From the NCBI GenBank assembly GCA_013152275.1, contig JAADGS010000018.1, forward strand, positions 11,896 through 75,895: DNA of 64,000 bases, read 5' to 3'. Below are positions 19,278 to 28,770 of this stretch, piece after piece (position 1 is the stretch's first letter; every line of letters starts with the position of its first letter). A program made the translations under genes and the position numbers. The notes under the pieces were generated by a model, which worked only from the letters and a program-made list of their open reading frames with translations, did no database searches and was not told the origin of the DNA. The stretch is from Actinomycetota bacterium (lineage in GTDB: Bacteria; Actinomycetota; Acidimicrobiia; Spongiisociales; UBA4744).

Positions 19278-20513
19278 ATGGAAATCGTCTTCCTTCGCCA
19301 CGGTGAGTCGACCGGCAACGCTTCGGGCCTGATCCAGGGGCGCGGCTCCAGTCCCCTGTCCGAAAGGGGCATGGCGCAGGCCGAAGTGGTGGCCCGACGC
19401 CTCACTCGAGGCAGGCCGTTCGATCTGATCGTCAGTTCGGACATGGAGCGAGCGGTGCAAACGGTCGGTGCGCTCGGTCTCCCGTTCGAACGCGACGCAG
19501 CATGGCGGGAGATGGATCTGGGTGCGTGGGATGGTGTGCCGATCACGGAGGTGGCCAAGCGCTTTCCCGAAGAGCTGGCCGCACTGCGGCGCGGAGATCC
19601 GGTGCCGATCGGGGGTACCGGGGAGACGTTCCCCGAGTTCACGGCCAGAGTCCGCGGCGCAATCGAGCGTCTCGTCGAGAAGATGGAAGGGAATGGACGT
19701 GTCCTCGTCTCGGCGCACGGTGGGGTCATCGAGCGAGTCATGGCCATCGTGATCGGCCGACCGCGTGCGGTTGCGTTCGCGGGTCGGGTGGCCAACACTT
19801 CGCTGACGACGGTTTCCGTGCGACCCTCTGGGATGCGTGTCGACCACTACAACGACACCACACACCTCGGGCCGGTCTCCGGATGGGCGGCCGAGCGTCT
19901 CGCCGCGGGGGATACGGTCGTCGCTCTCGTCCGCCACGGGCAGACCGCCGCCAACGATTCGGGCATCTGGCAAGGCCACTCGGACGGCGGCATCGATGAG
20001 GAGGGCAGGCGTCAGGCGACCCGATTGGCCGGCTGGCATGGGACCTTCGAAACGCTGTACTCGTCACCGCTCGGGCGGGCGCTCGAGACGGCTGCCCTGT
20101 TGCGCGCGGATGGCGTCCCCGTGGTCGTGCCCGGTTTGATGGAGCTGGGGATGGGGAAGTGGGAGGGGCACACCGTCGAGGAGATCAAGGCCGGGTGGCC
20201 CGGCGCCTGGCGGGCGATCTACGACGAAGGGGAGGACATTCCCAGGGGCGGTGACGGAGAGACGTGGAGTGGGATGGTTGCCAGGGTGTCCGAGGCGATC
20301 GGCGATATCGCTCGAGCGCATCAGGGCCGGCTCATCGGGGTGGTTTCGCACGGCGCCGCGATCCGAGGGTTCTGCTCGAGCCTCATCGGGTTGGACCATG
20401 AGCGCCGTCAGAGCCTGATCGCTCCGGGCAACACGTCGGTCAGCCACATCGTGTTCGGCGCGGACGGGCCGGTCCTCGCCGACTACAACGTCGGCCCCCT
20501 CCAGGTCACTTGA
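19278..20513 (+). CDS. tandem two-domain histidine phosphatase (two PGM-like domains)
   Basis: Two RHG motifs (IVFLRHGES and ALVRHGQTAAN), each followed by a PGM-like fold. The stop codon TGA at 20511-20513 lies inside REP copy D. Confidence 0.8.
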   Translation: MEIVFLRHGESTGNASGLIQGRGSSPLSERGMAQAEVVARRLTRGRPFDLIVSSDMERAVQTVGALGLPFERDAAWREMDLGAWDGVPITEVAKRFPEELAALRRGDPVPIGGTGETFPEFTARVRGAIERLVEKMEGNGRVLVSAHGGVIERVMAIVIGRPRAVAFAGRVANTSLTTVSVRPSGMRVDHYNDTTHLGPVSGWAAERLAAGDTVVALVRHGQTAANDSGIWQGHSDGGIDEEGRRQATRLAGWHGTFETLYSSPLGRALETAALLRADGVPVVVPGLMELGMGKWEGHTVEEIKAGWPGAWRAIYDEGEDIPRGGDGETWSGMVARVSEAIGDIARAHQGRLIGVVSHGAAIRGFCSSLIGLDHERRQSLIAPGNTSVSHIVFGADGPVLADYNVGPLQVT

Positions 20514-20563
20514 ACCCAGGGCTCGTATGCGTCGTCACGACCCCCCTGAGCCCTGGGTTCAAC
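20510..20563. repeat. REP-like palindromic element, copy D
   Basis: TTGAACCCAGGGCTCGTATGCGTCGTCACGACCCCCCTGAGCCCTGGGTTCAAC. It is the reverse complement of copy A. Confidence 0.85.
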
Positions 20564-20580
20564 GGATGTGGGGTGTGCAC

Positions 20581-20634
20581 TTGAACCCTGGGCTCGTATG
20601 CGTCGTGACGACCCCCCTGAGCCCTGGGTTCAAC
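20581..20634. repeat. REP-like palindromic element, copy E (tandem with D, 17-bp spacer)
   Basis: Near-identical to copy D. Confidence 0.85.
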
Positions 20635-20644
20635 GGATAGGGCG

Positions 20645-23221
20645 TCAGGTTTTGGCGGCGATCCGTTCCCGGCGGAGCTCGAGCAGTTCGGCTGCACGCT
20701 CGATGGTGATCGTTTCGGGATTGTCGCCCTTACGCAGCGAGGCGTTGACCACACCGTCGGTGACGTACGGTCCGAAGCGACCATCCTTGACCACGACCGG
20801 GTTGCCGGAAACCGGGTCGGTCCCGACCTCTCGCAGTGGCGCCGTGGCCGTCCGCTGTCCCCGCCTCCGCTTCGGTTGAGCCAGCAGTGCGATGGCCTCC
20901 TCCAACGTGAGGGTCAGCAGCTGTTCCTCCGATTCCAGGCTGCGAGTCTCCGAGCCCTTCTTGATGAACGGTCCGTACTTGCCGTTGCGGGCCACGATCT
21001 CCGCACCATCGGACGGGTCGACGCCGACGACGCGAGGCAGGCTCAACAGCTGGAGTGCCTGCTCGAGCGTGACGTCCTCGGGGTTCATCGTCTTGAAGAG
21101 CGAGGCCCGTTTCGGTTTCGTCGTGCCATCTTGCTCTCCAAGCTGGACGTACGGCCCGAATCTGCCGACCCGCAGGCTGACCTCCAGGCCGGTTTCGGGG
21201 TCCGTTCCGAGCGTGCGCTCGTCGTTGGGTGCGGCGAGCAACTCCAGAGCCTTCTCGACGGTGAGCTCGTCGGGAGGGGTCTCGTCCGGAATCGAGGCCT
21301 TGTCGCCGTCACGTTCCACGTACGGGCCGTACCGGCCGACGCGGGCGACGATCGGAATGCCGTCGGGATCGTCGCCGATCGGGATCGATCCGATCTCCCT
21401 CGGGTCGATCTCGTCGAGAGGGCCGCTCACCATCGTCTTGAGACCGACGGAACCGTTCCCGAAGTAGAACTTCGTCAGCCACGGGCGCGCCTCCTCTTCT
21501 CCACGGGCGATGCGGTCGAGGTCGCTCTCCATCCGGGCGGTGAACGCGTAATCGATCAGGCTGGAGAAGTGCCGCTCCAGCAGCGTGACCACGGCGAACG
21601 CCGTAAACGTCGGGATCAGGGCGGAGCCACGTTTCCACACGTAGCCACGGTCCTGGATGGTCGAGATGATCGACGCGTAGGTCGAAGGGCGGCCGACACC
21701 GAGTTCCTCGAGCCGGCGAATCAGGGAGGCCTCCGTGAATCGAGCCGGCGCCTTGGTCTCGTGCCCCTTCGGTTCCATCGCGACGATCGCGAGTCGCTGT
21801 TCTTCCTCGAGCCGTGGCAGGCGCCGCTCCTCGTCGTCCCGTTGGGCGTCGGGGCTGTCGCTGCCGGCCACATAGACCTTCAAGAAACCCGGGAACGTGA
21901 TCACCCTGCCGGTCTGGACGAAGCCGGCGGTGCGCCCATCGGACGTGTCGGCCTCGAGGCGGATCTGGACCGATTCGCCGGCAGCGTCGGTCATCTGCGA
22001 AGCGACGGTTCGCTTCCAGATCAGGTCGTAGAGCCGGGCCTCGTCCGAACCGACGTGCCGTTCGACCTCCGACGGGGAGCGGAAGGAATCTCCCGCGGGG
22101 CGGATCGCTTCGTGTGCCTCTTGGGCGTTCTTGACTTTGTTGACATAGATCCGGGGCTTCTTCGGAAGGTAGGCCGACCCGAACTCGTCGGCGATGAGCC
22201 GCCGTGCGGCACTCAGCGCGGCTTCCGAGAGCGCCGTGCTGTCGGTACGCATATAGGTGATGAACCCGTTCTCGTAGAGACGTTGCGCGGCCCGCATCGT
22301 TCGCGAAGCCGAGAAACGCAGCTTTCTGCCGGCCTCCTGCTGCAACGTCGACGTGCGAAACGGCGGATACGGGGACCGGTGATACGGCTTGCTCTCGACC
22401 GAGCGGACGATCGCCTCGGCGCCTTCGAGGGCGTCGGCGAGGATCTGCGCCGCAGCCTCGTCGAGAACGAGCGCTTGCGGGTTGGTGAGGTTCGCCTCCG
22501 CATCGAAGTCCTTGCCGGATGCGACCGGTTTGCCGTCCAGCTTCGTCAGCGGTGCAGTGAATGGAGCGCCTTCGGGCGGCTGGAACGTGCCGAGCAGATC
22601 CCAGTACGACGCGGATCGGAAGGCGATCCGCTGACGTTCGCGCTCGACGACGATGCGTACCGCGACGCTCTGCACCCGGCCTGCCGACAGCTTCGGCTGC
22701 ACCTTACGCCACAGCACCGGGCTCACTTCATAGCCGAAGAGACGGTCGAGGATGCGTCGAGCTTCTTGCGCGTCGACGAGTCGCGTGTCCAGTTCTCTGG
22801 GGTGCTCGAGCGCTTCCGTGATGGCGCGCTTGGTGATCTCATGGAAGACCATGCGTTTGACGGGCACCTTGGGCTTGAGCACCTGGAGGAGATGCCAGGC
22901 GATCGACTCGCCTTCACGGTCCTCGTCGGTTGCGAGGTACACCTCGTCCGCACCGGCGAGAGCGGCCTTGAGTTTGCGCACCTGTTCACGCTTCGCCGCG
23001 GGGACGATGTAGAGCGGCGCAAAGTCCTTCTCCACGTTGACGCCCAGTCGAGCCCACGACTCCTCGCGGTACTTCTTGGGGATCTCCGAAGCCTTCGAAG
23101 GAAGGTCGCGGATATGGCCTATCGAGGACTCGACGGAGTATCCCGAGCCGAGGTACCCGGAGATGGTTCGAGCCTTCGCGGGTGACTCGACGATGATGAG
23201 TGGTTTGGACACGAGGGCCAT
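20645..23221 (-). CDS. topA: DNA topoisomerase I
   Basis: Toprim N-terminus LIIVESPAKARTI, the catalytic Tyr region, and C-terminal repeated GRFGPYV motifs. N-extension to 24043 rejected. Confidence 0.95.
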   Translation of the reverse strand: MALVSKPLIIVESPAKARTISGYLGSGYSVESSIGHIRDLPSKASEIPKKYREESWARLGVNVEKDFAPLYIVPAAKREQVRKLKAALAGADEVYLATDEDREGESIAWHLLQVLKPKVPVKRMVFHEITKRAITEALEHPRELDTRLVDAQEARRILDRLFGYEVSPVLWRKVQPKLSAGRVQSVAVRIVVERERQRIAFRSASYWDLLGTFQPPEGAPFTAPLTKLDGKPVASGKDFDAEANLTNPQALVLDEAAAQILADALEGAEAIVRSVESKPYHRSPYPPFRTSTLQQEAGRKLRFSASRTMRAAQRLYENGFITYMRTDSTALSEAALSAARRLIADEFGSAYLPKKPRIYVNKVKNAQEAHEAIRPAGDSFRSPSEVERHVGSDEARLYDLIWKRTVASQMTDAAGESVQIRLEADTSDGRTAGFVQTGRVITFPGFLKVYVAGSDSPDAQRDDEERRLPRLEEEQRLAIVAMEPKGHETKAPARFTEASLIRRLEELGVGRPSTYASIISTIQDRGYVWKRGSALIPTFTAFAVVTLLERHFSSLIDYAFTARMESDLDRIARGEEEARPWLTKFYFGNGSVGLKTMVSGPLDEIDPREIGSIPIGDDPDGIPIVARVGRYGPYVERDGDKASIPDETPPDELTVEKALELLAAPNDERTLGTDPETGLEVSLRVGRFGPYVQLGEQDGTTKPKRASLFKTMNPEDVTLEQALQLLSLPRVVGVDPSDGAEIVARNGKYGPFIKKGSETRSLESEEQLLTLTLEEAIALLAQPKRRRGQRTATAPLREVGTDPVSGNPVVVKDGRFGPYVTDGVVNASLRKGDNPETITIERAAELLELRRERIAAKT

Positions 23222-23342
23222 GATTATCAGGAATTGGGAGGAGAAGTCAAGGTGGTTGTGCTTTCTCGGTCGTCGCCGGCGTCGTCGATGACGTGTTTCG
23301 ATCATGGTCGCCAGGTCGAACGGGCCGAGTATCGTGCTGGGC

Positions 23343-24728
23343 ATGGAAAGGAAGGGTGACCCCACCCCGGGCGCTCTCGGCCTGGTGCGTCGCGGTCCGT
23401 TCGCGCGTCTCTGGTGGGCCGGTCTGGCGTCCAGCTTCGGCGACTGGGTCGCCCTGTTCGCGACGATCGCTCTCGCCGATGCGATCGGCGGGGTAACGGG
23501 CATCCTGGTCCCGTTGACCGCCCGGATGCTGCCGGGACTCTTCGGTGCCGCCGCCGGAGTGCTCGCCGACCGGTTCAACCGCAAGGTCACCATGGTCGTG
23601 TGTGACGTCGGCCGGGCGCTGCTCGCCCTGTCGCTGGTGTTCGTCCGGACACTTCCGGAGCTGTTTCTCGTCTCCTTCGCCATGGAGGTGCTGGCGTTGT
23701 TCTGGGGGCCTTCGCGTGAGGCGAGTATCCCGAACCTCGTACCGAAGAAGGTGCTGGTGCGAGCGAACAGCTTGAGTCTGGTCGCGGTGTACGGGACGCT
23801 CCCTGTCGGGTCGGCAGCTTTCTCCATCTTCGCCAGGATCTCCGAGGTGACCCATGTTCTGGGCGCGTTCGGATCGGACACCGGGCTTGCCTTTGCAGTG
23901 GATGCGGTCACGTTCATCTTCTCGGCATCGCTGATCGCAACGATTCCGATTCCGCGTCCCAAAGTCAGCGAAGAGAGGAAGGCCCAAGGCAAGCTGGACT
24001 GGAAACTGCCGTTCAGGGACGTCATGGACGGGATCCGATTCATTCTTCGAGAACGTTCCGTGAGGAGTGTGATCGGCGGTATCGCAACCGCCCTGTTCGG
24101 CGCCGGCGTCTTCTTCGCCCTGGGTCAGCCGTTCTCGAGCTCCGTGCTCAATGCCGGAAGTTCCGGATTCGGGATTCTCATCACGGCGCTCGGAAGCGGC
24201 GTCGGCCTCGGCATGATTGGACTGTCGGCGATGGGGATGCACGACTTTCGTCGGGATGTGGTCTTCGCCCTGAGCCTCGTCGCAACAGGCCTGACCATCA
24301 CCGCTGCGGCGCTCTCTCGGACGATCGCCGGCGCGGCGTTCTGGGCGCTGCTGGCGGGTGCCGGGGCCGGTTCCTCCTACGTCATGGGTTTCACCCATCT
24401 GCACGAGCAGGTCACCGACGAGTTGAGAGGGCGAACGTTCGCTGCCCTCTACACACTCACGCGGACGGCCCTGCTGATCTCGATCACGGCCGCCGCGTTC
24501 GTCGCCGCGATCCTGGACGGAAGACTCCCCGGGATATTCTCCAGCGGAATCCGCAGTGCTCTCGTGCTTGGCGGAGTGGTGGTGGCGTTCGCCGGTGCGA
24601 TTACCTTGTGGAATATGCGTAAGACGTTCTCACGACCCCATATCCCCGAAGATGCTCTGCGTTCTCTCGAAGACGCCTCCGATACGTTCACCTCGATCCG
24701 AGGCCGCCGGCGAAAGGAACGTGAATGA
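23343..24728 (+). CDS. MFS transporter
   Basis: About 12 TM segments. MFS-like loop motif (LADRFNRKV). Start choice (ATG 23343) is uncertain. Confidence 0.7.
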   Translation: MERKGDPTPGALGLVRRGPFARLWWAGLASSFGDWVALFATIALADAIGGVTGILVPLTARMLPGLFGAAAGVLADRFNRKVTMVVCDVGRALLALSLVFVRTLPELFLVSFAMEVLALFWGPSREASIPNLVPKKVLVRANSLSLVAVYGTLPVGSAAFSIFARISEVTHVLGAFGSDTGLAFAVDAVTFIFSASLIATIPIPRPKVSEERKAQGKLDWKLPFRDVMDGIRFILRERSVRSVIGGIATALFGAGVFFALGQPFSSSVLNAGSSGFGILITALGSGVGLGMIGLSAMGMHDFRRDVVFALSLVATGLTITAAALSRTIAGAAFWALLAGAGAGSSYVMGFTHLHEQVTDELRGRTFAALYTLTRTALLISITAAAFVAAILDGRLPGIFSSGIRSALVLGGVVVAFAGAITLWNMRKTFSRPHIPEDALRSLEDASDTFTSIRGRRRKERE

Positions 24729-25336
24729 ACATCGGCCGTTACGTCGCGCTCGAAGGCATCGAAGGCGCCGGCAAGAGCACCGTTGCGGCGCTGTTGGCCG
24801 AGCGGCTGAGGGAGATCGGTCACGATGCCGTGATCGTGCGCGAGCCCGGCGGCACGCCGATCGGTGAGGGTATTCGCAGTGTTCTGCTGCATGGCGACGA
24901 CATGGCCGATTGGACCGAGGCGCTTCTGTTCGCAGCCCAGCGCGCCCAACTCGCGGAGGAGGTCATCGCCCCGGCGCTCGCCGGCGGGTCCTGGGTGATC
25001 GGCGACCGCTCCGTCTACTCGTCGCTCGCCTACCAGGGCGGGGCGAGAAGGCTCGGGTTCGATGAAGTGCGGGCAGTGAACGAGGCGGGGCTGCAGGGCA
25101 TCTGGCCCGACACCGTCGTCTTGCTCAGACTTCCGCCACGAGCCGGTCTCGCACGCCAGGATGGCGACGACCGCATCGGAGGTCAGGGACTCGAGTTTCA
25201 GGGACGTGTCGCCGATGCCTACGAACGGTTGGCCGGCGCCGAACCGCTTCGCTTCTTGACCATCGATGCGAGCCGTCCGGTCGAACGCGTCGTCGACGAT
25301 GTCATGAGCGCCTTGAGGGACCGATGGCTCTCCTAG
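24725..25336 (+). CDS. tmk: thymidylate kinase
   Basis: P-loop EGIEGAGKST, DRSVYSSLAYQG. ATGA overlap with the MFS gene stop. Confidence 0.9.
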   Translation: MNIGRYVALEGIEGAGKSTVAALLAERLREIGHDAVIVREPGGTPIGEGIRSVLLHGDDMADWTEALLFAAQRAQLAEEVIAPALAGGSWVIGDRSVYSSLAYQGGARRLGFDEVRAVNEAGLQGIWPDTVVLLRLPPRAGLARQDGDDRIGGQGLEFQGRVADAYERLAGAEPLRFLTIDASRPVERVVDDVMSALRDRWLS

Positions 25337-26400
25337 ACGGCATCGTCGGTCACGGCCCGATCGGCATCCTGCTCGAACGTGAGGCGGAGCGCCCTGCACA
25401 GGCGTACCTGTTCGTCGGCCCTTCGAATGTGGGCAAAGGCACGGTCGCCCGCCGGTTCGCCGCCACGCTCCTGTGCCCTGAACACGGAATCCACGACGGG
25501 ATATGTGCCACCTGCCGGCGTGTCCTGAACGGCAACCATCCGGATGTGACCATGGTGCAACCGGAGGGCCAGGCGGCACTGTCCGTCGTTCAGGCGCGAG
25601 CGGCAATCACCAAGGCGATGCTGGCTCCCGTGGAAGGTGAGCGGAAAGTGATCGTGCTCGACGAGGCGGGATCGATGACCGATCAGGCCGCCAATGCGAT
25701 GCTGAAGACACTCGAAGAGCCGACGCCTTCGACGGTGTTCATCCTCGTTGCAGAATCCGAACAAGACATGCCGGCCACGGTCGCGAGCCGTTGCAGGACG
25801 ATCCAGTTCGGACGTCTGCGCGAAGAGGACCTGGTCGACGCGCTCGTCGCCCAGGGGATCGATGTCGATCAGGCGCGTGAGGTCGCTCGGATCGCCGGCG
25901 GCAGGCCGGGACTGGCGCTGGATCTGGCAAAACGTCCGGAGGTGGCCAAGTTCCGCCGTGTCTGGCTGGGCGTCCCGCTGCAGGTGTCCTCGCATCCGGG
26001 CGTGGCCTTCCGTCTCGCCGAAGAGGTCATGAGCGCCGCCGATCCGCTTCTCGAGGCGATCCGTGAGCGGCAGGCCGCCGGTGCAGAGACAGATCTCACC
26101 GCCGCCGCCCGCAAGGTGCTGAAGGACCGCAATGAACGGGCACTGCGGCAGGCTTCCCGGTCTCTGCTCGTGGCGGGTTTGGAGATCCTGGCCTCATGGT
26201 ATGCGGATGCCGCATCCGCTCAATACGCCGGTCCGGTGAGAAACCGGGACGTGTCCATGGCCACCCTGGCGTTGGTTCGACCGAGGGACGCGGTCGCCAA
26301 TGCCGAACGTGTCTTGGCGGCGGTGCCGGATCTGAGGGCGAACCTTCGTCCTCAGCTCGTCCTGGCCACCTTGTTCACCGAATTGGTTCCGGTTACGTGA
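25324..26400 (+). CDS. holB: DNA polymerase III subunit delta'
   Basis: AAA+ fold with degenerate Walker A GPSNVGKGT, a zinc module CPEHG..CATC, and an SRC motif. Position after tmk matches the actinobacterial topA-tmk-holB order. Confidence 0.85.
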   Translation: MALLDGIVGHGPIGILLEREAERPAQAYLFVGPSNVGKGTVARRFAATLLCPEHGIHDGICATCRRVLNGNHPDVTMVQPEGQAALSVVQARAAITKAMLAPVEGERKVIVLDEAGSMTDQAANAMLKTLEEPTPSTVFILVAESEQDMPATVASRCRTIQFGRLREEDLVDALVAQGIDVDQAREVARIAGGRPGLALDLAKRPEVAKFRRVWLGVPLQVSSHPGVAFRLAEEVMSAADPLLEAIRERQAAGAETDLTAAARKVLKDRNERALRQASRSLLVAGLEILASWYADAASAQYAGPVRNRDVSMATLALVRPRDAVANAERVLAAVPDLRANLRPQLVLATLFTELVPVT

Positions 26401-26407
26401 ATCGGGG

Positions 26408-26479
26408 AGCCGGAGCGGGGAATCGAACCCCGGACCTGCTCATTACGAGTGAGCTGCTCTACCGCTGAGCTACTCCGGC
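26408..26479 (-). tRNA. tRNA-Thr (anticodon CGU)
   Basis: Reverse complement reads GCCGGAGTAGCTCAGCGGTAGAGCAGCTCACTCGTAATGAGCAGGTCCGGGGTTCGATTCCCCGCTCCGGCT. Acceptor stem 7 bp, anticodon loop CTCGTAA, TPsiC GGTTCGATTCC. CCA is not encoded. Confidence 0.9.
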
Positions 26480-26678
26480 GCGGCGTGCATCCTAGTGTCT
26501 CGCCAGGCGACCTTTGCGGTGTTCTGTCGGCCGGGAGGGGGTCGGTTGCACGGACGCCGCTCTCGGCCGCCTGCAGCCCCGAGAATGGTTCGTTCTCACC
26601 GAGGGATGCAGGTACTGTCACGTTGCCGACGGTGTGGGGAGGGATGTGGCCGATCAGAAGAGCTTCGAGGAGGACGCG

Positions 26679-27212
26679 ATGCGGTTCGCTCCGCAGCTCT
26701 ACTCGGCTGCGCTGCGCATGACGCGTAACCCTGCCGACGCCGAGGATCTCGTTCAGGAGACGTTTCTGAAGGCCTACCGCGCCTATCAGACCTTCACGTC
26801 GGGAACGAACCTGAAGGCGTGGCTGTACCGGATCCTCACGAACACCTACATCAATCGGTATCGCAAGCAGATGCGCCGTCCGACCGAGACAGACCTGGGT
26901 GACGTCGAGAACCTGTATCTGTACCGGAGGATCGGAGATTCGGGCCAGGTCACTCGCAGTGCCGAAGAGGAGGTCCTCGAAGGCTTCGTCGACGCCGACG
27001 TCAAAGCGGCGATCGAGTCGCTCCCCGAGCATTTCCGGCTTCCGGTTCTTCTCGCCGACGTCGAGGGTTTCTCCTACAAGGAGATCGCCGAGATCATGGA
27101 TGTGCCGATCGGGACGGTGATGTCCAGGCTCCATCGTGGAAGAAAAGCCCTGGAGCGAGCGTTGTGGAGTTTTGCACGGGAACACGGACTCTCCGGGACA
27201 GACCATGAGTAA
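26679..27212 (+). CDS. sigH: ECF sigma factor SigH/SigR family
   Basis: [19 protein letters not shown] and [15 protein letters not shown] closely match mycobacterial SigH. GAGGAGG SD 5 nt before the ATG at 26679. The longer ORF from 26514 lacks an RBS. Confidence 0.85.
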   Translation: MRFAPQLYSAALRMTRNPADAEDLVQETFLKAYRAYQTFTSGTNLKAWLYRILTNTYINRYRKQMRRPTETDLGDVENLYLYRRIGDSGQVTRSAEEEVLEGFVDADVKAAIESLPEHFRLPVLLADVEGFSYKEIAEIMDVPIGTVMSRLHRGRKALERALWSFAREHGLSGTDHE

Positions 27213-27453
27213 GCGCAGCTGTGAGGAAGCGATCGTCAATGTCTACCTGTATCTCGACAATGAGCTCGGAAGGGTGCATACGGCCAAGATCAGACATCAC
27301 CTCCGACACTGCAATGGATGCCTGGGAGCGTTCCGGTTCGAAGAACACCTGAGGATCGTCATTCGCGATCGAGTGCAGGAAGAGCCGAGACAGGAGGTCC
27401 TGGACCGCTTGTGGGCCTTCCTGAAGGACCAGGAGCCGGGTTTCGGAGACTGA
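27205..27453 (+). CDS. rshA: anti-sigma factor, ZAS family (RshA/RsrA-like)
   Basis: 82 aa. HLRHCNGC (HxxxCxxC zinc/redox motif). 8-nt overlap with the sigH stop. Confidence 0.85.
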   Translation: MSKRSCEEAIVNVYLYLDNELGRVHTAKIRHHLRHCNGCLGAFRFEEHLRIVIRDRVQEEPRQEVLDRLWAFLKDQEPGFGD

Positions 27454-27588
27454 GTCACCGGTTGCCCGTTGCCGGTTCTCGGCTGCGGGCCGCCGCCCGC
27501 ACTCGCCACGTGTCTCATATCTGATGCCGTCGCCCGTGCAAGAGGTGGGCGCGGGTCTTGCGGCCCATGTGGTCGTATCGGGAGTGTC

Positions 27589-27705
27589 GTGAGTCGACGG
27601 CAGATCATCTGGGTCGAATCCGAGGGGACCATCGGGTTGATCTGTGCCGATGGGGAATGCACGGTCGTCCAGATGCGTGCCAGGTATTGCTCGGGGGTCT
27701 CCTAG
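27589..27705 (+). CDS. hypothetical small Cys-rich protein (38 aa)
   Basis: GGGAG SD 4 nt before the GTG start. Sequence MSRRQIIWVESEGTIGLICADGECTVVQMRARYCSGVS. No family recognised. Confidence 0.3.
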   Translation: MSRRQIIWVESEGTIGLICADGECTVVQMRARYCSGVS

Positions 27706-27717
27706 GCTGCACCCGTC

Positions 27718-28770
27718 GTGACTGCGACTCAGATTCCGTGGGCTGTCTCCACCCGGCTCGCCTCGACCGTTGCCGGGCACCACCCCCTCGAGGGGTCCTA
27801 TCATCAGCGCCTTCTCGAGCTGCAGGCACCCGAATTCGTCGCACGCGCCGAGCCTCTCGTCGCGGAGGCGACCGGGCTCGCCTCGACAGGTGTCCCTGAG
27901 GTCCGGGTCGTCACCAGGACCGAGTGGGCCGAGCGCAACGTCGCCTTCTTCGCCCATCTCATGGACTCCGTCGAGGATCGCCTCTCCGAACGGCTGTCCC
28001 GGTTCGGGCCCCTCGGACAGGGTGCAGGCTATCTGGCCCGGAGAGCCGTGGCCGCAGAGACCGGAGCGCTGCTTGGTGTGATGGCCCGACGCGTCCTCGG
28101 CCAGTACGAACTCGCCCTGCCCACCAAGTTGGACGGGGACACGGTCTATCTCGTCGGCGCCAACATCCTCTCGCTCGAGAGAAGCCATCAGTTCCGTCCT
28201 CTCGAATTCAGACTGTGGCTGGCGCTCCACGAATGCACGCATCGGCTCCAGTTCGTGGGGATTCCCTGGATGCGCGCCTACTTCCTCGATCTCGTGAAGG
28301 CGTTGATCTCCTCGGCGGAACCGGAGCCCGGCCGATTGGTCCGCGTTGCCGCCGAGCTTCGAGACGCAGCGATGCAGGGTCGGCCGCTGGTCGGTGAGAC
28401 CGGCCTGTTCGGGCTTTTTGCGAACGATGGGCAGCGGGCGCTCATCGACAAGGTTCAGGCGTTGATGTCGCTGCTCGAAGGCCACGGTCACGTGATCATG
28501 GACCGGATCGGCGAAGGAATGCTCGTGACCCAGGCCCGCATGTCGAGCATCCTCAAACAGCGAAGAAACGATCCGCGTACGGCCGCGTTCTTCCGGTTGA
28601 CCGGCATGGAGATGAAGTTCAAGCAATACGAGATGGGGGAGCGCTTCGTCAAGATCGTCGAGCGTGAAGCCGGATGGGACGCCATCGGCATTGCCTGGCG
28701 AGGTCCCGAGTTCCTCCCGACCCGCGACGAGATCGACGAGCCGATCCGATGGCTGACTCGCGTCGCTTGA
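27718..28770 (+). CDS. zinc-dependent metalloprotease-like conserved actinobacterial protein (HExxH; DUF2342-like, Rv3626c-like)
   Basis: LALHECTHRLQF (HExxH). Positioned upstream of tilS as in mycobacteria. Confidence 0.7.
   Translation: MTATQIPWAVSTRLASTVAGHHPLEGSYHQRLLELQAPEFVARAEPLVAEATGLASTGVPEVRVVTRTEWAERNVAFFAHLMDSVEDRLSERLSRFGPLGQGAGYLARRAVAAETGALLGVMARRVLGQYELALPTKLDGDTVYLVGANILSLERSHQFRPLEFRLWLALHECTHRLQFVGIPWMRAYFLDLVKALISSAEPEPGRLVRVAAELRDAAMQGRPLVGETGLFGLFANDGQRALIDKVQALMSLLEGHGHVIMDRIGEGMLVTQARMSSILKQRRNDPRTAAFFRLTGMEMKFKQYEMGERFVKIVEREAGWDAIGIAWRGPEFLPTRDEIDEPIRWLTRVA

Noticed and set aside
20876-23185. 769-aa plus-strand ORF antisense to topA
   Set aside because: topA is unambiguous on the minus strand. 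The antisense frame has no motifs.
26401-26520. Integrative element at tRNA-Thr
   Set aside because: No integrase or att-like direct repeat flanks the tRNA. sigH-rshA follows directly, so no evidence of a genomic island here.
26480-26678. SigH-type autoregulatory promoter (GGAAT-N18-GTT) upstream of sigH
   Set aside because: GAGAATGG and GGGATG...GTTG fragments are present, but the spacing does not fit the consensus by eye. Not called.
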